Below are positions 58,773-64,000 of a stretch of 64,000 bases of DNA, one piece after another. Origin of the DNA: an uncultured Alphaproteobacteria bacterium. Lineage in GTDB: Bacteria; Pseudomonadota; Alphaproteobacteria; Rhizobiales; Beijerinckiaceae. Within the stretch, counting starts at the first letter, position 1, and each line of letters begins with the position of its first letter. The DNA is taken from assembly GCA_963699455.1 (NCBI GenBank), contig CAVOTY010000006.1:1392944-1456943 (forward strand). The letters run 5' to 3'. The notes beneath the pieces were generated by a model. It ran no database searches. It saw only the letters and a program-made list of their open reading frames with translations, and was not told where the DNA came from. Made by a program: the position numbers and the translations under genes.

Positions 58773-60282
58773 TCATTGGCTGGCGGCGGCGACGTGGATC
58801 GCGTGAAGCAGCGCCGAATGGGAGTTGAGCAGATTGGCGACGGACGCGGCGGAGGCTTCGATCACCGGCCCCGGCCGCACGCCGTAGTAGATCGTCAGCG
58901 CCAGCAGCGGAACGAAGATGGCGGTTTCGCGCGGGCCGAGATCGGCGATGTCCTTGAGGCTCGCCTTGTCGAGAACGCCGAAGATCACCCGGCGATAGAG
59001 ATACAGCGCGTAGGCGGCCGAGAGAATGACCCCCGACGTCGCGAACAGCGCCACCCAGCTGTTGGCGTTGAAGGCGCCGACCAGCGTGAGAAACTCCCCA
59101 ACGAAGCCCGCCGTGCCCGGCAGGCCGACATTGGCCATCGTGAACACCATGAAGGTGAAGGCGTAGAGCGGCATGCGCTTGACGAGGCCGCCATAGGCCG
59201 AGATCTCGCGGGTGTGCATGCGGTCGTAAATGACGCCGACGCAAAGGAACAGCGCGCCCGACACGAAGCCGTGCGAGATCATCAGGAACATCGCGCCCTG
59301 GACGCCCTGGGTGTTCAGCGAGAACAGGCCCATCGTCACGAAGCCCATGTGCGCGACCGACGAGTAGGCGATCAGCTTCTTGATGTCTTCCTGCACCAGC
59401 GCGACCAGCGAGGTGTAGACGATGGCGATGACCGACAGCGCGAACACCAGCGGCGCGAACTCGACCGAGGCGTCGGGGAACATTGGCAGCGAGAAGCGGA
59501 TGAAGCCATAGCCGCCCATCTTCAGCAGGATCGCCGCCAGAATGACCGAGCCCGCCGTCGGCGCCTCGACGTGCGCGTCGGGCAACCAGGTGTGCACCGG
59601 CCACATCGGCATTTTCACGGCGAACGAGGCGAAGAACGCCAGCCACAGCCAGGTCTGCATCTTGGCCGGGAAATGCGTCGCGAGCAGAGCCTGAATGTCT
59701 GTCGTGCCGGCGGTGTTGTACATCGCGAGGATCGCGATGAGCATCAACAGCGAGCCGACCAGCGTATAGAGGAAGAATTTGAAGCTCGCGTAGACGCGAC
59801 GCTTGCCGCCCCAGATGCCGATGATGAGAAACATCGGAATGAGGCCGCCTTCGAAGAAGAGATAAAACAGCACCAAATCCAGCGCGCAGAACACGCCGAT
59901 CATCAGCGTCTCCAGCACCAGGAAGGCGATCATATATTCGGCGACGCGCTTTGTGATCGAACTCCCACGACGCCAGGATCGCGAAGGGCATCAAGAAGGT
60001 GGTCAGCAGCACGAAGGGCATCGAGAAGCCGTCGACGCCGAGTTTATAGGTGAGGCCCGCGCCGAACCACGGTTTTTCCTCGATGAGCTGAAAGGCCGCG
60101 TTGGCCGCGTCGAACCGCTGCCAAACGACAATGGAGAGCGCGAAGGTCGCGATGGTGGTGAGCAGCGCCGCCCAGCGGATGTTGCGCAGCGTCAATTCGC
60201 CGTCGCCGCGCTGCGTCAGGATGAAGGCGGCGCCGACCAGCGGCAGGAAGGTCAGGCCGGAGAGAATTCCAAAACCAAACAT
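58773..60282 (-). pseudogene. nuoM: NADH-quinone oxidoreductase subunit M, reading frame interrupted by one extra nucleotide at 59960-59961
   Basis: The N-terminus runs from ATG 60282 ([14 protein letters not shown]…FAILASWE) in one frame. The remainder (…[24 protein letters not shown]…) lies in ORF 58773..59933. Length is 1510 nt = 3n+1. Confidence 0.9.
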
Positions 60283-62318
60283 TAGCGAATGCCTCCGGCG
60301 ACGAACCAGCTGACGACCGCCGCGACGCCGATCAACATCGCGAAGGCATAGTGATAGATGTACCCGGTCTGGAGACGCACGGCGAGACGCGCCCCGTCGA
60401 CGACGCGCGCGGCCACGCCATCGGGGCCGATTCCGTCGATGATGCGACCGTCTCCGCCCTTCCAGAACAGCCGCCCCAGCGCGAAGGCCGGGCGCACGAA
60501 CAGGAAGTCGTAGAGCTCGTCGAAATACCATTTATTGAGCAGGAACTGATACAGGCCCGGCAGCGCGCGCGCCAGCGCCGGAGCCGTGCCGGGGCGCAGC
60601 ACGTAGAAATAGAGCGACACGATAAAGCCCAAAACCATCATGACGGTCGGACTCACCGACGCCCACATCGGGATGTCGTGCATCTCGTGCAGGATATGAT
60701 TTTGCGGGCCGACGAACAGCGACTCCTTCCAGAACTCCTCGAAGGCGTGGCCGGCGAAAAAAGGCTCGAACACAAAGCCCGCCACGACAGCGCCCGTGGC
60801 GAGCACGGCGAGCGGGATCAGCATGACCAGCGGCGACTCGTGCGGCGCGTGGCCGTGGTCGTCGTGAGCGTGATCGTCGTGAGCGTGGTCGTCATTGCCG
60901 TCGGCGGCATGAGCGTGGTCGTCGTGAGCGTGCGCGGCGTCATGCTCGGCGCGCTTGCCGAAGAAAGTCATGAACACCAGCCGCCATGAATAAAATGAGG
61001 TCAGGCCCGCCGCGACGACCGTCGCCACGAAGCCGTACATCGCCGCGTTGGAATGTTGACCGGCGGCGTAGGCCGCCTCGATGATCGCGTCCTTCGAGAA
61101 AAAGCCCGCGAAACCGATTTGCGTGTGGGGAATGCCGAAACCGGTCAGCGCCAGCGTGCCGATGGTCATCATCGCGAAGGTGAAGGGGATGTCCTTGCGC
61201 AGGCCGCCCATGTTGCGCATGTCCTGCTCGTGATGCATCGCGTGAATCACCGAGCCCGCGCCAAGGAACAGCAGCGCCTTGAAGAAGGCGTGCGTGAATA
61301 GATGGAACACGCCCAGCGAATAGCCGCCCACCCCTTCCGCGACGAACATGTAACCGAGCTGCGAGCAGGTGGAATAGGCGATCACCCGCTTGATGTCGTT
61401 CTGCACGAGGCCCACTGTCGCCGCGAAAAACGCGGTCGTCGCGCCGACGACCGTGACGAAGGTCAGCGCGTCCGGCGCGTATTCGAAAATGGGCGAGAGC
61501 CGCGCGACCATGAACACGCCGGCGGTGACCATCGTCGCGGCGTGAATGAGCGCCGACACGGGGGTCGGGCCTTCCATCGCGTCCGGCAACCAGGTGTGCA
61601 GCAGGAATTGCGCCGATTTGCCCATCGCGCCGGTGAACAGCAGGAACGCGGTCAGCGTCAACGCGTCGAGATCGAGCCCGAAGATGTGAATGCGCTGACC
61701 CTCCAGACCAGGAACGGCGGCGAACACCTCGTCGAACGTCACGGAATGGGTAAGCTTGAAGGTCAGGAAAATGCCGAGCGCGAAACCGAAATCGCCGACC
61801 CGGTTGACGACGAAGGCCTTGATCGCGGCGGCGTTGGCCGACGGCTTTTCATACCAGAAGCCAATCAGCAGATAGGAAGCGAGACCGACGCCCTCCCAGC
61901 CAAAAAACATCTGCACGAGATTATCCGCCGTCACCAGCATCAACATCGCGAAGGTGAACAGCGACAGATAGGCGAAGAATCGCGGACGGTGTGGGTCCTC
62001 GTGCATGTAGCCAATGGAATAAACGTGCACGAGGCTGGACACGGTGTTCACGACGACCAGCATCACCGCCGTCAGCGTGTCGACGCGCAGCGCCCAATCG
62101 ACTTTCAAGGCGCCCGAGGTCAGCCAGTTGCCGAGCACCGGCGTCACCGCCTCGCCATGGCCAAGGCCGACGTCGATGAACACCATCCACGACATGACCG
62201 CGCAGGCGACCAGCAGGCAGGAGGTCACCAGTTCCGACGCGCGCGCGCCGATCTTGCGGCCAAAACCGCCGGCGATCAGGAAGCCGATAAGGGGAAGAAA
62301 GACGATTGCCTTGATCAT
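60282..62318 (-). CDS. nuoL: NADH-quinone oxidoreductase subunit L
   Basis: 678 aa with an antiporter-like core and a C-terminal lateral-helix region. TAATG overlap with nuoM. Confidence 0.95.
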   Translation of the reverse strand: MIKAIVFLPLIGFLIAGGFGRKIGARASELVTSCLLVACAVMSWMVFIDVGLGHGEAVTPVLGNWLTSGALKVDWALRVDTLTAVMLVVVNTVSSLVHVYSIGYMHEDPHRPRFFAYLSLFTFAMLMLVTADNLVQMFFGWEGVGLASYLLIGFWYEKPSANAAAIKAFVVNRVGDFGFALGIFLTFKLTHSVTFDEVFAAVPGLEGQRIHIFGLDLDALTLTAFLLFTGAMGKSAQFLLHTWLPDAMEGPTPVSALIHAATMVTAGVFMVARLSPIFEYAPDALTFVTVVGATTAFFAATVGLVQNDIKRVIAYSTCSQLGYMFVAEGVGGYSLGVFHLFTHAFFKALLFLGAGSVIHAMHHEQDMRNMGGLRKDIPFTFAMMTIGTLALTGFGIPHTQIGFAGFFSKDAIIEAAYAAGQHSNAAMYGFVATVVAAGLTSFYSWRLVFMTFFGKRAEHDAAHAHDDHAHAADGNDDHAHDDHAHDDHGHAPHESPLVMLIPLAVLATGAVVAGFVFEPFFAGHAFEEFWKESLFVGPQNHILHEMHDIPMWASVSPTVMMVLGFIVSLYFYVLRPGTAPALARALPGLYQFLLNKWYFDELYDFLFVRPAFALGRLFWKGGDGRIIDGIGPDGVAARVVDGARLAVRLQTGYIYHYAFAMLIGVAAVVSWFVAGGIR

Positions 62319-62325
62319 CGCGCGG

Positions 62326-62634
62326 TCAGCCCTTCAAGCTGTTGATGTCGTCGACCGCGATCGAGCCGCGATTGCGATAGAAAGTCACGAGAATGGCGAG
62401 GCCGATCGCCGCCTCCGCCGCCGCCACGGTGAGCACGAACAGCGCGAACACCTGCCCCGTCAAATCGCCGAGTTGCGCGGAAAACGCCACGAAATTCAGA
62501 TTGACCGACAGCAGGATCAACTCGACCGACATCAAGATCACGATGATGTTCTTGCGGTTGAGAATGATGCCCGCGATGCCGAAGGTGAACAGGATCGCCG
62601 CGACAACGAGATAATGGGTGAGGCCGATAACCAT
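62326..62634 (-). CDS. nuoK: NADH-quinone oxidoreductase subunit K
   Basis: 102 aa with three TM helices and the motif [11 protein letters not shown]. Confidence 0.95.
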   Translation of the reverse strand: MVIGLTHYLVVAAILFTFGIAGIILNRKNIIVILMSVELILLSVNLNFVAFSAQLGDLTGQVFALFVLTVAAAEAAIGLAILVTFYRNRGSIAVDDINSLKG

Positions 62635-62645
62635 GGGCTGCTTCC

Positions 62646-63272
62646 TTAGACGCCGGCCCGCGAGGGCACTTTCCTCAGCTCGACCACCGATTTGGCGGTG
62701 CGCGCGTTCTGCTCGGCGATATTCTGGCGCTTCACATTGGGGCGATGGCGCAGCGTGAGGACGATCGCGCCGATCATCGCGGTCAGCAGCACCAGCGCCG
62801 ACACTTGGAAGAAGATCACATATTTCGTGTAAAGCACCTGCCCCAGCGCCGCGGTGTTGGTGACATGGGCGACGATCGGCGAGGCGGCCGCGTCGGGAGC
62901 GGACGCCGCCGTTTTCCAGCCGATCGCGACGAAACCAAGTTCGAACAGCACCACGGCGCCGACCGCGACGCCGGCCGGAAGATATTTTTGGAAGCCCTGC
63001 TTCAATTCCGCGAAATCCACGTCGAGCATCATCACGACGAAGAGGAACAGCACCGCCACCGCGCCGACATAGACGACGATGAGGATCATCGCCAGGAACT
63101 CCGCGCCCAGCAACAGGAACAGACCCGCGCCGTTGCAGAACGCCAGGATCAGGAACAGCACGGAGTGCACCGGATTTCGCGCGGTGATCACCCCGAACGC
63201 CGAGGCGATCAGCACGCCCGAGAAAAGATAGAAGAATGCGGCGGCCACGGCTTCGTCCTCTTTTTGCGCCAA
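62646..63272 (-). CDS. nuoJ: NADH-quinone oxidoreductase subunit J
   Basis: FFYLFS...I.SA.GVI..RNPVHS.L.LI. Confidence 0.9.
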   Translation of the reverse strand: MAQKEDEAVAAAFFYLFSGVLIASAFGVITARNPVHSVLFLILAFCNGAGLFLLLGAEFLAMILIVVYVGAVAVLFLFVVMMLDVDFAELKQGFQKYLPAGVAVGAVVLFELGFVAIGWKTAASAPDAAASPIVAHVTNTAALGQVLYTKYVIFFQVSALVLLTAMIGAIVLTLRHRPNVKRQNIAEQNARTAKSVVELRKVPSRAGV

Positions 63273-63323
63273 TCTCGACGCCTCGCGCCAGGCGAGGCCG
63301 GGCGAAGGTTTAGTTCGTTCAGT

Positions 63324-63812
63324 TTAGCGGTAGGGCGCGTCCAGCGCGATGTTGCGAGCGATCTCCCGCTCCCAGCGCGCGCCGTTTTCGAGCAGACGGT
63401 CCTTGTTATAGTAGAGTTCCTCGCGCGTCTCCGTCGCGAATTCGGCGTTCGGCCCCTCGACAATGGCGTCGACCGGACAGGCCTCCTGGCAAAATCCGCA
63501 ATAGATGCACTTCACCATGTCGATGTCGTAGCGCGTCGTGCGGCGCGTGCCGTCGTTGCGGCGCGGCCCGGCCTCGATGGTGATCGCTTGCGCGGGGCAG
63601 ATCGCCTCGCAAAGCTTGCAGGCGATGCAGCGCTCCTCGCCGTTCGGATAGCGGCGCAGCGCATGCTCGCCGCGGTAGCGCGGCGACTGCGGATTTTTTT
63701 CATGCGGATAGTTGAGCGTCGCCTTCGGCTTGAAGAAGTAGCGCATGCCCAGAAAGAAAGCCGAGATGAACTCGGTCAGGAACAGCGATTTCGCGGCGTG
63801 GTCGAGTCTCAT
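63324..63812 (-). CDS. nuoI: NADH-quinone oxidoreductase subunit I
   Basis: Two 4Fe-4S motifs, [12 protein letters not shown] and [12 protein letters not shown]. Confidence 0.95.
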   Translation of the reverse strand: MRLDHAAKSLFLTEFISAFFLGMRYFFKPKATLNYPHEKNPQSPRYRGEHALRRYPNGEERCIACKLCEAICPAQAITIEAGPRRNDGTRRTTRYDIDMVKCIYCGFCQEACPVDAIVEGPNAEFATETREELYYNKDRLLENGARWEREIARNIALDAPYR

Positions 63813-63821
63813 GACGCTCCC

Positions 63822-64000
63822 TCAATTCGCCGCGAGGGCGGGGCCGAACTGCACCGCGGCGGCGACGATGACGACCATGACCAGGGAAAGCGGCAGGAAC
63901 ACCTTCCAGCCCAGTCGCATCAGTTGATCGTAACGATAGCGGGGCACCAGCGCCTTCACCATCGCGAACAGGAAACAAAAGAAGCTGGTCTTGAGCACGA
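63822..64000 (-). CDS. nuoH: NADH-quinone oxidoreductase subunit H (C-terminal fragment; continues beyond the window)
   Basis: Manual translation gives ...[58 protein letters not shown]. It is absent from the ORF track because the start lies outside the window. Confidence 0.85.
   Translation of the reverse strand, partial: VLKTSFFCFLFAMVKALVPRYRYDQLMRLGWKVFLPLSLVMVVIVAAAVQFGPALAAN

Noticed and set aside
57116-62345. Plus-strand ORFs 57116..58537, 58599..60053, 60351..60989 and 61302..62345.
   Set aside because: They are shadow ORFs opposite nuoN, nuoM and nuoL. They are highly charged and Arg-rich with no motifs.

Overview
High-GC alphaproteobacterial chromosome segment, most likely from a type II (Methylocystaceae-like) methanotroph. 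This is inferred from a complete pmoCAB particulate methane monooxygenase operon (10249-13447, minus strand) together with alphaproteobacterial synteny: divK-pleD, IalB, hslVU, and the nuoH-N/birA/rnj block. Most of the window is core housekeeping: ETF-QO, mutL, rsmI/yraN/LpoA-like, hslVU, trpS, an FtsH-family protease, PPK2, pgi, RNase J, birA and the distal half of the nuo operon. Accessory material sits around pmoCAB (AT-rich promoter island, small divergent membrane-peptide ORF, truncated Mu/TniA-like transposase, Met/His-rich periplasmic protein, 670-aa orphan). More accessory material lies at 42.9-52.5 kb: two paralogous small Cys-containing membrane proteins, a dinJ-yafQ module bracketed by a duplicated pgi 3' end, an IS1182-family element, a low-GC methyltransferase and a small secreted Cys/Arg/Gly-rich peptide. 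The strongest sequence-level observation is that three conserved genes (pmoC, pgi, nuoM) each carry a single extra T in the same context, GGA(G/C)T[T]CGA. Removing that T restores both the reading frame and a GANTC (CcrM) site. This points to a motif-linked artefact or mutational hotspot rather than three independent pseudogenisations. No rRNA, CRISPR array or prophage was seen. I cannot point to one clear-cut novel multi-gene system. The best candidates for undescribed biology are the duplicated CTYAxEC small membrane proteins, the Met/His-rich Spy-like protein with the orphan next to pmoCAB, and the TA cassette inserted in the pgi 3' end.
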